NCBI GenBank assembly: GCA_963701095.1
Contig: OY969564.1
Coordinates: 64,001-128,000, forward strand
Direction: 5' to 3'
Source: an uncultured Methanoregulaceae archaeon
GTDB taxonomy: Archaea; Halobacteriota; Methanomicrobia; Methanomicrobiales; Methanospirillaceae
Length of the DNA: 64,000 bases
Shown here: positions 23,194 to 34,307 of the stretch, in pieces
How positions within the stretch are numbered: position 1 is the stretch's first letter
How the letters are laid out: each line of letters begins with the position of its first letter
Notes under the pieces: model-generated
The model's input: only the letters and a program-made list of their open reading frames with translations
Told to the model about the DNA's origin: nothing
Databases searched by the model: none
Made by a program: the position numbers and the translations under genes

Positions 23194-24471
23194 ATGCTTG
23201 AAATCAGGTTTGTACGGGCGAGCCCGGAGATCGTAAAAGCCGATCTGCTCAAACGAAACGCTCAGGAAAAGATTGCATGGGTAGACGAAATTCTTGCAAA
23301 AGATGCACGTTCCCGCGAGCTTAAAGTACAGACCGATGAACTGCGGCGCCGGAGAAATACCATCGCCCGGGAAATCAACGAACTTCGTAAAGCCGGAAAA
23401 GATCCGGCTTCCCTGATGAAGGAAGCAACAGAACTTCCGGGGAAAATTAAGGAAAACGATGCCGAACAGGATGAAATAACAACCGTTATTCGCACCCGGC
23501 TTATGCGTCTGCCTAATATCCTTGACGACAGCGTACCGCGAGGGTGTGATGATACCGGGAATGTGGAGGTCCGGCGTGTCGGCACACCGCGTACGTTTGA
23601 TTTCGAAGTCAAAAACCACGGCCAGCTTGCGGCTGAACGGGGCTGGGCTGATTTCGAACGGGCTGCGAAGATTTCAGGGGGAGGATTCTATTTCCTGAAA
23701 GGAAATCTTGTCCTTCTCGATCTTGCCCTCCAGCGTTTTGCCCTAGACCTGCTTGAAAAGAAAGGTTTTACCCCGGTCATACCGCCGTTTATGATCAACC
23801 GCAGCTCGTACGAAGGAGTCACCGATCTTGACGATTTCGAAAAAGTGATGTACAAGATCGACAACGATGATATGTACCTGATTGCGACAAGTGAACACCC
23901 TATAGCCGCAATGTACCAAGATGAGATCTTCGAAGAAAAGGACCTTCCTCTGCGCCTTGCCGGGTTATCCCCCTGTTTCCGGCGGGAAATCGGTGCGCAT
24001 GGTCTCGACACCAAAGGACTTTTCCGCGTTCACCAGTTTACGAAGATCGAACAGTTTGTCTTCTGCAAACCTGCAGATTCCTGGCAGATCCACGACGAAC
24101 TTCTTGCAAATGCTGAAGAAGTGTTCAGGAAACTGGAACTCCCCTATCACGTGGTCAACATCTGCACAGGTGATATCGGTACTGTTGCCGCAAAGAAATA
24201 CGATATCGAGGCTTGGATGCCACGGGAAAATGCCTATAAAGAGGTCGTTTCCTGTTCCAACTGCACATCCTACCAAGCTGCCAGCCTTAATATCCGGGTG
24301 CGCGACAAGGAAATTTTCGAATCAAAACAGCTTGTCCATACCCTTAATTCAACCGCGATCGCCACCTCACGGACTTTACGGTGTATCCTTGAAAACTACC
24401 AGAACCGCGACGGATCGGTAACCATACCGCAGGTGCTGCGTCAATACATGAACGATCGTGAGTTCCTCTGA
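23194..24471 (+). CDS. serS: Serine--tRNA ligase
   Basis: N-terminal coiled coil; ATSE, FRREIG, EVVSCSNC, HTLNST motifs. Confidence 0.97.
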   Translation: MLEIRFVRASPEIVKADLLKRNAQEKIAWVDEILAKDARSRELKVQTDELRRRRNTIAREINELRKAGKDPASLMKEATELPGKIKENDAEQDEITTVIRTRLMRLPNILDDSVPRGCDDTGNVEVRRVGTPRTFDFEVKNHGQLAAERGWADFERAAKISGGGFYFLKGNLVLLDLALQRFALDLLEKKGFTPVIPPFMINRSSYEGVTDLDDFEKVMYKIDNDDMYLIATSEHPIAAMYQDEIFEEKDLPLRLAGLSPCFRREIGAHGLDTKGLFRVHQFTKIEQFVFCKPADSWQIHDELLANAEEVFRKLELPYHVVNICTGDIGTVAAKKYDIEAWMPRENAYKEVVSCSNCTSYQAASLNIRVRDKEIFESKQLVHTLNSTAIATSRTLRCILENYQNRDGSVTIPQVLRQYMNDREFL

Positions 24472-24559
24472 GCCCTGTTCCGCGACCGGTACATCAATAA
24501 AATAAAATATTTAATAAATACTTATTTGTCACAGATCATGCATACGTATAGTAGAGAAC

Positions 24560-26089
24560 GTGGTAAATATGGGTTATCCCGACTTGAAAAGTGATGAGTC
24601 AATAGTCCTTACGGCGCAGCATGTCAAGGTTAAATCTGTGCCGTTCGAACTGGTACTCACCAATCGGCGTCTCATCATCATTGATAGTGAAAAAAATGTG
24701 GTGCCGACGCAGCAGATATCACTGGTCACGATCCGGAACGTTACGGCCAGCGAGAACGCTATCCGTGATCCGGTCATTACACTTACGATCCTGACGGAAA
24801 CGGCGGATACCCGTGAAATGGCGCTTACTTTTGTCCGCCAGACTGCTGGAGAACGAAGACGTGAGTCTGACGAATGGGTAAAAGCCCTCAGAAAAAATAT
24901 TGCAGAAGCTGCAATGTACCCCCCGGACATAGTGGCGACTCCCCAGGTCCCCGATGAAAGCCGGCAGGAGCATCCTGGTTCTCCCGGGATAAAAAAGAAG
25001 ATAGATGCCCCTCGTCCCATGAAAAAAATAGTTGTTGATACAAGCCATCTCCCCCCAAAGCCCGTTGAGACCACGTCGCTACCCGAAGGATCATTCTGTG
25101 GCAGATGCGGAAACCGCATCCCTCCAGGATCAACGTTTTGCAACCGGTGCGGTACCAAGGTTGCCGGATCAGCTGATGAGACCATTATTTCTGCCCCAAC
25201 CGGACAGGTTACCCCTGTCTCCTCAGTAACGGGATCGGGAGATCGGAAAGGACGGCCCATCGAACAGATCATTCACTCAATCGAACCCCTGATTGCAGAC
25301 TCAGTACCCCGGACGGAAACCCCGCCCGCAATTCCGGAACCAGTATCGGTTCCTTCAGCAGAACCTGCGTCATCTGCAGAACCTTCCACAGAAGCACCGG
25401 CAGGATCTGAACCGGCCTCTGAACCTGCATCAGAATCTGCCTCTGGGGGACTGGTAATTCCGCCGATGCCGACATTCCCCACAATTCCTCCTGTTCCTGA
25501 AGCACCCCGGAAAAAACCGTTCAAGGTTATAGCTGCAGCCATTATCGTTATTGTTATTATTGCGATTGTGGCGGTTGGAGGATTTGTGCTTATCAAAAAC
25601 ATGCACACGAATACCACCGTAGTACAGCCGATAACTACTGCAATACCGACAACACAGACCACCGTTCCAACCCCAACGCCAACAATGGCAGTAACCACGG
25701 TAATTCCCACGGTACTGCAGACGCTAGCGACATCTGTTCCTCAAACAGGAGTCTGGGTCGAGATTACCTATGACCAGACTTATAGTGGCTCTGTAGGTCT
25801 CCCTGGTGACCAGGTTCAGGTCAGTGATACCGGGGACCATTATTATAGGATCCCGACGGAAAACGGTGTTGTAGCAGTATCGGTCCAGAAGAATGATGGC
25901 AGCGCCGATGAATTGAAAGTTAACCTGTTCAATAATGGTATCCTTGTGAAGACAGGTTCAACAACCATTCCTTATGGAAATGTCGATATGCAGGTTTCGC
26001 TATCAGTCCCGACACCAACGGCAACCCTTCCACTGAAGTCAAATCCAACCGCAAATAAGACCGCCAGTACCGACCTGATACCGGCCTGA
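24560..26089 (+). CDS. Membrane protein with PH-like N-terminus, zinc ribbon and Pro/Thr-rich linkers
   Basis: FCGRCG...FCNRCG, single TM helix. Confidence 0.75.
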   Translation: MVNMGYPDLKSDESIVLTAQHVKVKSVPFELVLTNRRLIIIDSEKNVVPTQQISLVTIRNVTASENAIRDPVITLTILTETADTREMALTFVRQTAGERRRESDEWVKALRKNIAEAAMYPPDIVATPQVPDESRQEHPGSPGIKKKIDAPRPMKKIVVDTSHLPPKPVETTSLPEGSFCGRCGNRIPPGSTFCNRCGTKVAGSADETIISAPTGQVTPVSSVTGSGDRKGRPIEQIIHSIEPLIADSVPRTETPPAIPEPVSVPSAEPASSAEPSTEAPAGSEPASEPASESASGGLVIPPMPTFPTIPPVPEAPRKKPFKVIAAAIIVIVIIAIVAVGGFVLIKNMHTNTTVVQPITTAIPTTQTTVPTPTPTMAVTTVIPTVLQTLATSVPQTGVWVEITYDQTYSGSVGLPGDQVQVSDTGDHYYRIPTENGVVAVSVQKNDGSADELKVNLFNNGILVKTGSTTIPYGNVDMQVSLSVPTPTATLPLKSNPTANKTASTDLIPA

Positions 26090-26109
26090 GCTGACGACCA
26101 TTTTTTGCT

Positions 26110-27168
26110 ATGGCACAAACAGATGAATCGGGAAAAAAACCTTCGAGGGCTGTTGTTAAACCGATTTACCGGATTACATTTTTCGTATTTCTCATTTTTT
26201 TGGTTATCTCCAATTGTGCATCTGCAGCCATGGTCCAGGCATATATTGGCGAAACCATACCACTGTCCGGATACATGTATTCAAGCCAGACCGCCTACCT
26301 TTTCCTGACCGGCCCAAATCTTCCGGCAAACGGCGTGGCACTCGACAACATCAACAACCGGGCCGATCAGGGCGGGTTCACTGAGGTCAGTGTTGATGGA
26401 AACAATCACTGGACCTATAATTGGTATACCGGATCAATAGGGGGAAAACTTGATGCCGGTACCTATACCATCTGGGTTGTCGATGGCCCCAATGACCTTT
26501 CCAACCTGAACCAGGCCGATTACAGCACTATTTCGGTTTCCCTGAACGTGCCCGGCCTTGGTCCGGCGACTGCATCTACGTCACCCGGGAGCCCCGTCAT
26601 TACCGCTGCGGTTCCTGCGAGCATCGTGTCTCCTTTAGAGGCTCCCGGCATCCTCGAAATTAATTCGATCCCGGATAATGCTTCGATAGTTGTCAACGGT
26701 GTCTACCAGGGAATCACCCCGCTCACTCTAAACGGATTGAATCCGGGAACATACCAGATCAATTTTTCCCGATTTAATTATTATCCCTTTTCGACAAATG
26801 CACCGGTCGAACCTGGTGTAACCACCCAGGTCAATGGAACGCTCAAGCTTATGACCGGTACCCTGGTAATCACCACAAACCCGGAGGGAGCACAGATCAT
26901 TCTCGATGGCATGAATGTTAACCAGTCCCCGATTATCCAAACCGGCCTTTCCGTTGGTAACCACACAATCAATGCGACTCTAGAGGGGTACATCCCGGCC
27001 AACATCCAGGTAAACGTTGTAGCCGATCAATCTGTCAACAGCACCCTCCAACTTAATAAGACCGCTTCATTGATACCGGGAAATGGTACGCCTCTTCCCA
27101 TTCCCGTGACGATGAGTGCTTTCATTGTGGCCCTCATCATGTTTGTATTCTTCCGGCGATGCATATGA
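26110..27168 (+). CDS. PEGA-domain surface protein
   Basis: Two PEGA repeats, signal peptide, C-terminal TM. Confidence 0.8.
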   Translation: MAQTDESGKKPSRAVVKPIYRITFFVFLIFLVISNCASAAMVQAYIGETIPLSGYMYSSQTAYLFLTGPNLPANGVALDNINNRADQGGFTEVSVDGNNHWTYNWYTGSIGGKLDAGTYTIWVVDGPNDLSNLNQADYSTISVSLNVPGLGPATASTSPGSPVITAAVPASIVSPLEAPGILEINSIPDNASIVVNGVYQGITPLTLNGLNPGTYQINFSRFNYYPFSTNAPVEPGVTTQVNGTLKLMTGTLVITTNPEGAQIILDGMNVNQSPIIQTGLSVGNHTINATLEGYIPANIQVNVVADQSVNSTLQLNKTASLIPGNGTPLPIPVTMSAFIVALIMFVFFRRCI

Positions 27169-27402
27169 GTATACCGGACCAGTTAGGATACCAGGAGACC
27201 TCACGGATTTGTATTTTTTCCAAAATTGTTGAAGAAAAATATCCCTGTTATATGGTATCAGCATACTCCAATAGCGCACCTTATATTTTCTGATCGTTTT
27301 GTTTTTCGCCCTTGATTTATCGATTTGGAAATAAAAGAATAACTACAATTCACAACTTTAATATATTGATTAATTATATTCAACCTTCATTGATCTTTTA
27401 AT

Positions 27403-28366
27403 ATGTCACTCGTGCTTTTTCCGGACAAACGACATGCCGATATTCCTGCAATGATGACTGCAAAGGACATTCCCAGCCTGATCCGGCAGTTAAACCATCG
27501 TAATCCCGATACCCAGTGGCGGGCTGCTGATGCACTTGGGTCTCTGGGGGCAGAAGCCGTTATTCCGCTTATATTGGTTCTTGATAGCAGACACAAGGCC
27601 GTCCGTATCGGTGCTATCGAAGCATTGGGAAAAATTCGGGATCCTCGTTCAGTACGGCCGCTGGTTCACCTTTTAAAGCATGATACCGCTGTCGAGGTCC
27701 GTTGGATAGCTGCTCTTGCACTCGGAGAAATAGGTGACATAAATGCAATCCCGTCCCTCGTTGAATCTCTCCGGGAAAAGGAAAGGTACGTCCGGTATGG
27801 GGCAGCACGATCGCTTGAACTCCTTCACTGGATTCCTAAAGACGATGCTGAAAGGGCATATTATGCCATTGCGCTGCAGAATTGGTCTGGCGTCAAAAAG
27901 ATCGGAAAATTCAGCTACCGGTCCGCTCGCAGATATTTTCCATGACCCTGACCCGGCAACCCGGATAAAGATCGTAGAGTTGCTCGGCCAGATCGGTGAT
28001 CCGAATGCACAACCTGCCTGCGAAGCGGCACTCCGGGACAATGACGCCGCTGTCCGGTGGGTTGCAGTTGTGGCGGCAAAAAAATGCCGGGTACTCTCGG
28101 CTCACATCCCCTGGGGGCTCGCCAAACGGCCGCGAACCGGACATAACCCATGGGCTGCAGCCGTTCTTAATTTCTTTTTTGTCGGTCTTGGCTACAATTA
28201 TCTCGGTTTCTGGTGGGGCTTTCTTGTCTTCATGAGTTATGCGAGCATTTTTACGCTTGCCCAGCTTGAGTCCGGCCCGTTATTGCCGTACCTGTACACA
28301 TATCCGATCACTGCCCTGTTTGCGGCACAGACGTTCTACATGGCAAAAAAGATGTCGGACCTATGA
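27403..28366 (+). CDS. HEAT/PBS-lyase repeat membrane protein (frameshift near 27908)
   Basis: VR..AA.ALG repeats; joined frames parallel the downstream paralog. Confidence 0.8.
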
Positions 28367-28376
28367 GCTGAGACCT

Positions 28377-29339
28377 ATGGTTTTCCCGAAGCTGTTCGTG
28401 GTAAAACAAAAAGATATCAGCCTGATGACTGAACGCCGGGATATCGCCGGTCTTATCAAGGCACTCCATTCTTCGGATTTTGCAGTTCAGACACAGGCAG
28501 CACAGGCACTGGGCTCTCTCGGCACCGCTGCGATGAATGAGCTCATTTCCAGGTTAAAAAACAAGAATAAAGATGTCCGGTTCGGTGTCATTGAAGCACT
28601 GTCGGTTATCAGGGATCCGCGATCCATTGGACCACTGACCGGGGCGCTCAAAGACGAGAACAGTGAAGTGCGGTGGCAGGCGGCAATGGCCCTTGGCGAG
28701 ATCGGTGACGAAAAGGCAACCCTGCCTCTTCAGGAAGCCCTCAAAGATCCCAACAAATACGTACGGTATGGTGCAGCTTTTGCCCTTGCCACCCTTGGGT
28801 GGAAACCGAACAACGCCGATGAACGGGCATCCTACTTTATCGGTATGCAGGAATGGAAGGCGGTTGAGGATATTGGACCAGATGCAATCCCGGCGCTTAA
28901 CCATGTCCTGAATGATCCAGATAGTGCAGTACGCCTGAAAGTGATGAAGATCCTTGGATCGATACGGGACGACAAGGCGATTCCGGCCCTGATGCGGGGG
29001 CTCGCTGACAGCGATAAAGACGTCCGGTGGGAAGCAGCACTAGCCGCACCTTCCTGCGGGATAAACCCTATGCATATTCCCCGCGGGCTGTCACGGCGGC
29101 CGAAAACTGCAAAAAACCCGATCATAGCCGGGGTCATGAACTTCCTTCTCCCCGGCCTTGGCTATGGATATATCGGGAAATGGTGGGGGATCATGATCTT
29201 CCAGATTGATGTCACCGCTACGGTCTGGCTTTTCAAGTATCAGGGAGACAACACCACATCGGCAGTACTTTTTCCCATCTACATTGTTCTTGGTATTCAC
29301 GCGTGGTATATCACCCGCAAGATGCCGGATTTCATATGA
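28377..29339 (+). CDS. HEAT/PBS-lyase repeat membrane protein
   Basis: HEAT repeats plus C-terminal PGLGYGYIG TM2-like domain. Confidence 0.85.
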   Translation: MVFPKLFVVKQKDISLMTERRDIAGLIKALHSSDFAVQTQAAQALGSLGTAAMNELISRLKNKNKDVRFGVIEALSVIRDPRSIGPLTGALKDENSEVRWQAAMALGEIGDEKATLPLQEALKDPNKYVRYGAAFALATLGWKPNNADERASYFIGMQEWKAVEDIGPDAIPALNHVLNDPDSAVRLKVMKILGSIRDDKAIPALMRGLADSDKDVRWEAALAAPSCGINPMHIPRGLSRRPKTAKNPIIAGVMNFLLPGLGYGYIGKWWGIMIFQIDVTATVWLFKYQGDNTTSAVLFPIYIVLGIHAWYITRKMPDFI

Positions 29340-29427
29340 AAGATCTGACAGATCCTTTTCAATCGGAGATTGCACCCAAGCGAATACCGGACAATTTATA
29401 GTGTTTTAAATATAATTTAGATGGTTC

Positions 29428-30198
29428 ATGACACTCACGAGGTTCACCGAGGAGCATCCCTATCTTAGCTCTGCTGTTTTCCTGCTGGTCTTCCTTTTTG
29501 TTCTTATTGTATGCGCCTTTTTAAATCTCGTCTTCATGGCAGGGCTTATTCAGCAGGTTGCCATCGCTGATCTCCTTCTTGCCAGTATTGGTATTTTTTT
29601 GGTGATTCGCCTCGATTGGTTAGGGAAAGCGGGGTACTCGACGGGAATCCGTCTGGCACAGGTCCCTCTTTTTCTTCTGCCCTGTGCATTTGCCCTTTTA
29701 TCATTGGGGGATGGCATCCAAGTGACCGCACCCCTCGCTATCCTTTATTTCGCCATCCTGACGCTGGTAGTAGGATTTGCTGAGGAAACCTATTTCCGTG
29801 GTCTGATTCTTACCGCCCTTCTTTCCACTGGTACGCTTCGGGCGGTTTTCATTAGTGCCCTCCTCTTTGCAGCCCTTCACTTACTCAATATCTTTGGCGG
29901 CACATGGGATCCCACCTACACGGTTGTGGACATTGTGGCTGCATTTGGTCTCGGGATAACCTATGCTGCAATTCGTTTGCGGACAGAGAGTATCTGGCCC
30001 GTAGTGGGCATTCATGCCCTCTTTGATTTTACTGCGATTATTTCCCAGGGAGGGATCCAGGTATCCGAGCAATCACTGCATGTACTGCTTATGCTGGTTT
30101 TCACGGGTGTCGTCTGCGCGGTATACGGGCTGTTTTTGTTACGGGACAGAAAAGAAGATCATATAACTATAGGTGATACCGCACCTCTTTCAAAATAG
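29428..30198 (+). CDS. CPBP (CAAX/Abi) intramembrane protease
   Basis: EETYFRG, FAALH and HALFD motifs. Confidence 0.9.
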   Translation: MTLTRFTEEHPYLSSAVFLLVFLFVLIVCAFLNLVFMAGLIQQVAIADLLLASIGIFLVIRLDWLGKAGYSTGIRLAQVPLFLLPCAFALLSLGDGIQVTAPLAILYFAILTLVVGFAEETYFRGLILTALLSTGTLRAVFISALLFAALHLLNIFGGTWDPTYTVVDIVAAFGLGITYAAIRLRTESIWPVVGIHALFDFTAIISQGGIQVSEQSLHVLLMLVFTGVVCAVYGLFLLRDRKEDHITIGDTAPLSK

Positions 30199-30358
30199 GA
30201 TAAAAGGCAGTCAAAAAATTTTCCACATGAGTTTTTTGGAGTCATTTCCTCAAGAGTAAACTTATTAAATTTAATTCCGACGAATCGTAAGAACCGTTTA
30301 TTCCCGATTTTCTTTCACGAAAGAAGCGTATTAATACAAGTTTGGGTTATGTGAGCAT

Positions 30359-30853
30359 ATGCAAGCCTTTCCCTGTTTTGTGTCTGGAGCGGCTGTTGCT
30401 CTCCTGGTGATTGCAGCTGTTTCGATTGCCGGATGCATGTCCCCCTCACAACCTACGGCCTCGGTACCTATAGTCTCTCCGCTGATAACCGTATCTCCGA
30501 CAATCGAAACCACCCCCATACCCGTGGCCACAACGATGATAATGGCCGAATCAACACCATCATCCCCGGTGACGACAATCGTTTCAACGTCTCAAAATGT
30601 GTCAGTTTCGATACAGAATTATGCATTCATTCCTGCGTCGGTAACAATCCGACCCGGGACTACCATAACCTGGACGAACCTGGATCCTATTTATCATACG
30701 GCCACCTCGACAGAACCTTCGCCGGTCGCGTTCAATTCGCCGGTCCTTCACCAGGGAGATACATTCCAGTTTACGTTTGCCCAGCCCGGTACCTACCATT
30801 ATCTCTGTAATATACATCCATTTATGCGAGGGATTGTGACTGTATCTTCGTAA
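30359..30853 (+). CDS. Cupredoxin (plastocyanin/amicyanin-like) lipoprotein
   Basis: IAGC lipobox; H...C-x2-H-x2-M copper ligands. Confidence 0.88.
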   Translation: MQAFPCFVSGAAVALLVIAAVSIAGCMSPSQPTASVPIVSPLITVSPTIETTPIPVATTMIMAESTPSSPVTTIVSTSQNVSVSIQNYAFIPASVTIRPGTTITWTNLDPIYHTATSTEPSPVAFNSPVLHQGDTFQFTFAQPGTYHYLCNIHPFMRGIVTVSS

Positions 30854-31024
30854 TTTTTTGTATTTCGAAGGTCTGGATAATCTACTACCGCTCGTTAGGA
30901 CTGGCAACCATTAATTTGCCGGTGCAACTTTCCTTATTTTCTTGCTAGCTTGAACGCAATAATTTCAACCGTAGAATCAAGGATAATATTCGTTATAAAA
31001 TCGATAAAACTATAATTCCTTAAT

Positions 31025-31783
31025 CTACTCTGAAAGGTCTTTTTTCAGGAAAATGACTTTTGTCATGTCAAAATTTCGCATTTTTTTGATGTTTTCGAGC
31101 TGGCTGTTATCTTTGTCAATCATCTCTTTTTCGATGCCATCGGCAATCGCCGTTATAGGTTGTGCCAGATCGAAGGCTCTCTTCGGCATACCAATCTTAC
31201 CGCTTGGGTTTGTACAGTGTTTGATCCAGCCTTTTTCGACAAGGTACTGTGTCGCTGCGCTTACATTGGACTGGAATGTATCGGTTCCGGACTCAATCTC
31301 CTGAAGGGTAGCTCGTGGTGTGTTTGCAAGAAACACCAGCACCTGGGCCACCGGTTTTTTTATGCCACTTTTGACTAACAGACTGATTGACTCTTTTCTC
31401 TTCGGATAATGACTGAGGTTGTTCCGGAATTTTCTGATATGAGTGAGTCGGACACCGGCTTCTTTTTTCTTCTCCGATTCGATACCGTCCAAAATAACAG
31501 TTATGGGCTTTTTGAGCTGCCAGACGTTTGTCGGCCGAAAATTTTGACCTGAGGTGGTCTCATGGCTTTTGATCCAGTCCTGATCCATCAGGTACTTTAT
31601 TGTCACGCTGGCGTCAGGCTGACGAAGGCCAATTCCCTGTTCAATGTCCTGAAACGTCCCTTCTGAAGTGCTTGAAAGGAACGCAAGCACCATTGCCCCG
31701 TGTTCCTTCACACCGGTACTGATCAGGAGATTGACGAACTCCTCACCCTCCTTTGTAAAATACTGAATGTTTTCTTGTTTCAT
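31025..31783 (-). CDS. Winged-helix transcription regulator with internally duplicated domain
   Basis: Two homologous halves (VLAFL..T.QDIE.G...Q..S...YL....WIK). Confidence 0.75.
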   Translation of the reverse strand: MKQENIQYFTKEGEEFVNLLISTGVKEHGAMVLAFLSSTSEGTFQDIEQGIGLRQPDASVTIKYLMDQDWIKSHETTSGQNFRPTNVWQLKKPITVILDGIESEKKKEAGVRLTHIRKFRNNLSHYPKRKESISLLVKSGIKKPVAQVLVFLANTPRATLQEIESGTDTFQSNVSAATQYLVEKGWIKHCTNPSGKIGMPKRAFDLAQPITAIADGIEKEMIDKDNSQLENIKKMRNFDMTKVIFLKKDLSE

Positions 31784-31863
31784 TATACGCCTGTTTTTTT
31801 CCGGGCAACTGCATATCCGAATTAGGGGAAATTATTTAGAGAATAGAACCATCGTTGCATAAA

Positions 31864-31938
31864 TGCTGCTATGGGGATTTGAACCCCAGTCGCGGGCGTG
31901 AAAGGCCCGCATGATTGGCCGGTCTACACTATAGCAGC
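31864..31938 (-). tRNA. tRNA-Glu (TTC)
   Basis: Reverse complement folds as a cloverleaf: acceptor GCTGCTA/TAGCAGC, anticodon loop CTTTCAC, T-loop TTCAAAT; no encoded CCA. Confidence 0.95.
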
Positions 31939-32029
31939 GCGTTGCTCTAACTAGTTTTACTCGTCCCGATAAATAGGTTATGGAAGCGACCGGTGAGCTG
32001 ATCGCGTATTGTTTTTTGCAGGAAAAAGG

Positions 32030-32980
32030 TTATTTCCTTCGTGAGACTTTCTTCTTTGCACCGGCAGTTTTTGTCGGTTTCTTCACTCCAGCGGATTTTT
32101 TTCTGACCGGCTCCCCGGATATGGGATATCCTTCCCGGTCAGTAACCGTTTTAAATTCCGCCATGAGTTGACGGGTAATGGGGCCGGGTTTTCCTGAACC
32201 GATAACTCTTCCATCGACCCAGGTGATGGGTGCAACCTCCGCTGCCGTCCCGGTGCAGATCAGTTCGTCAGCAGTATAGAGATCGAAGTATCCCAGGTTT
32301 TGTTCACGAAACGTAATACCCAGCGACTCGGCGAGTTCCTTGACGACCATCCGGGTAATCCCCCGGAGGTTGTTAAGTGTATAGGGGGTGAGAATTTCGC
32401 CGTTTTTGATGATATACAGGTTGTCGCCGGAACCCTCAGCAAGATACCCATTGGTATCAAAGAAGATCGCCTCGTCACCTCCTTTATAGTTCGCTTCGAT
32501 CTTTGCAAGAATGTTATTGAGGTAATTGAGACTCTTTACGTTGGGTGGCAGTGATTCGGCTGCGTTTCTCCTGACCGAGACCGTAATAGCCTTGAGGCCT
32601 TTCTCGTACAGGTCGCCGTACATTGCACCCCATGTCACGCAGATTACTATAACGGATGCTTTTGGGCATTTACGGGGATCGAGACCCAGATCCCCGATAC
32701 CTCGGGTTATGATCGGCCGTATGTAAGCGTCGGTCAGTTTGTTCCTGCGCATTGTCTCGCAGATCACGTCGGTCATCTCTTCTTTCGTTATCGGCGGGGT
32801 AATATCCAGGGTTTTTGCCGAATCGAACAACCGGTCGAGATGTTCTTTGAGCCGGAAGATTCTGCCCTTGTATGCGCGGATGCCTTCAAAGACACCGTCG
32901 CCGTATAACAGGCCGTGATCGAACACGGAGATCTTTGCCAAGGCTTCAGGGAGGTATTTTCCGTCAATGTAAATGATCAT
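32030..32980 (-). CDS. ilvE: Branched-chain amino acid aminotransferase
   Basis: [28 protein letters not shown] motifs. Confidence 0.95.
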   Translation of the reverse strand: MIIYIDGKYLPEALAKISVFDHGLLYGDGVFEGIRAYKGRIFRLKEHLDRLFDSAKTLDITPPITKEEMTDVICETMRRNKLTDAYIRPIITRGIGDLGLDPRKCPKASVIVICVTWGAMYGDLYEKGLKAITVSVRRNAAESLPPNVKSLNYLNNILAKIEANYKGGDEAIFFDTNGYLAEGSGDNLYIIKNGEILTPYTLNNLRGITRMVVKELAESLGITFREQNLGYFDLYTADELICTGTAAEVAPITWVDGRVIGSGKPGPITRQLMAEFKTVTDREGYPISGEPVRKKSAGVKKPTKTAGAKKKVSRRK

Positions 32981-33037
32981 ATTAGTAACACTCCGTCAAG
33001 ATATACACTTTTATTTTTATACCCGTTTGGGTAATAA

Positions 33038-34108
33038 ATGATCATTGTGTCTTCCAATACTAAAAAGATACGAAGTGTTCCGCTCTATCTCTCGCTGCTC
33101 GAAAAAGCCGGGCGCTCGCAACAAACTATCAGAACCTACCGGGAAGCATTGCTCTATTTTTCCCGGTTCCTGGACGTGCCGCTTGAAGAGCTGCACAAGC
33201 ACCTGAGCGTTGAGAACCTCCTCGCTTATACCGATAGCGCGGCCCTGAAAGATGCCAGCCAGAACACTCGTCGCATGTGGTTAGCGATCATCCACAAGTA
33301 CATGAAACTGAATGGCGTGGAGTTCGACGAGCTGGAGACTTCCGTATTCAAACTCCGGCGTGACGATGTCAGGCGTGACAAGCCGCTGAAGATTGAGACC
33401 TTGCAGAAAATGATGGATCTTGCGGATGTGCATATGAAAGCATACCTGTCATTCCTCATCTCGACGGGTTGCCGGATTAATGAATCAGCGGAAATTCTGA
33501 TTACGGATATACAAGGCAATAGGGTTACGATACGCCCGGAGATCGCCAAAGGACGACATGGTGGCACAACATTCCTGACATCGGAAGCCCGGGAATACCT
33601 CGACCTGTGGCTGCGTGAGCGGGACCAGTGGATTCAACAGGCAAATGTGCGGACGAATAATATCGGATTGCGCAGACCTCAGGGTGACCAACGGCTCTTT
33701 GCCTGCACATCAAATAATCTCTCGAAACGGTTTCAGAAACTGTATGAGACTGTCGACGGCGAGAGCAGCCCTATTAAGGGCGGAACTCGCAACAAGATCA
33801 CCCCTCACTCGTGTCGCGCATATTTCCGGACACATGCCGTCACCAGCATGGGGATTGACCTGGTTGAAGGTATCATGCGGCATACCGGGTATCTGAATGC
33901 CGCGTATGTCCGCATGTCAGACGATGAACGCGAGAGGTTGTTTCATCTCGGAGAACATGAATTGTACATCACGAGGGCAAGCATACGCAATGAGGAACGG
34001 AAGATCGAGGAGATCAGAAGGGAGCAGGAAGAGAAAATATTGACCCTGGAACGACGGACTAAAATACTGGAAGCCTTACTGAAAATCGATGACTCAAAAA
34101 AGAAATGA
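33038..34108 (+). CDS. Tyrosine recombinase/integrase
   Basis: TGCRINE (R), AKG (K), PHSCR (HxxR), MRH, AAY (Y). Confidence 0.92.
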   Translation: MIIVSSNTKKIRSVPLYLSLLEKAGRSQQTIRTYREALLYFSRFLDVPLEELHKHLSVENLLAYTDSAALKDASQNTRRMWLAIIHKYMKLNGVEFDELETSVFKLRRDDVRRDKPLKIETLQKMMDLADVHMKAYLSFLISTGCRINESAEILITDIQGNRVTIRPEIAKGRHGGTTFLTSEAREYLDLWLRERDQWIQQANVRTNNIGLRRPQGDQRLFACTSNNLSKRFQKLYETVDGESSPIKGGTRNKITPHSCRAYFRTHAVTSMGIDLVEGIMRHTGYLNAAYVRMSDDERERLFHLGEHELYITRASIRNEERKIEEIRREQEEKILTLERRTKILEALLKIDDSKKK

Positions 34109-34307
34109 TTTGCCCTTAGTTTCATTTTTTGAAACTTTTGGTATTTTTTTTATATCATGTAAAGCGTTTTAGATATACCGCCTTGATTCTGAATAGATGT
34201 TAATTCACAGGGTTAAACAACAGATTCAGAGGGCGTTTTGGATCTGTTACCTTTCATACCGCACGTTTATGCATATAGAATCGGTGATACTGCACGCGCA
34301 AGACTAG

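Noticed and set aside
25360..25440. GAACC-type short repeats
   Set aside because: They encode a low-complexity SEPA linker, not a DNA element.
24574..25710. Long antisense ORFs here and throughout the window
   Set aside because: Shadows of real genes on the opposite strand, with no motifs of their own.
27403..29339. Tandem HEAT-repeat paralogs as a novel system
   Set aside because: Such repeat membrane proteins are common in methanogens and nothing links them to a distinct function.
31864..31938. tRNA-Glu as the provirus attachment site
   Set aside because: Housekeeping ilvE lies between it and the integrase, and no partial tRNA duplicate was seen in the window.
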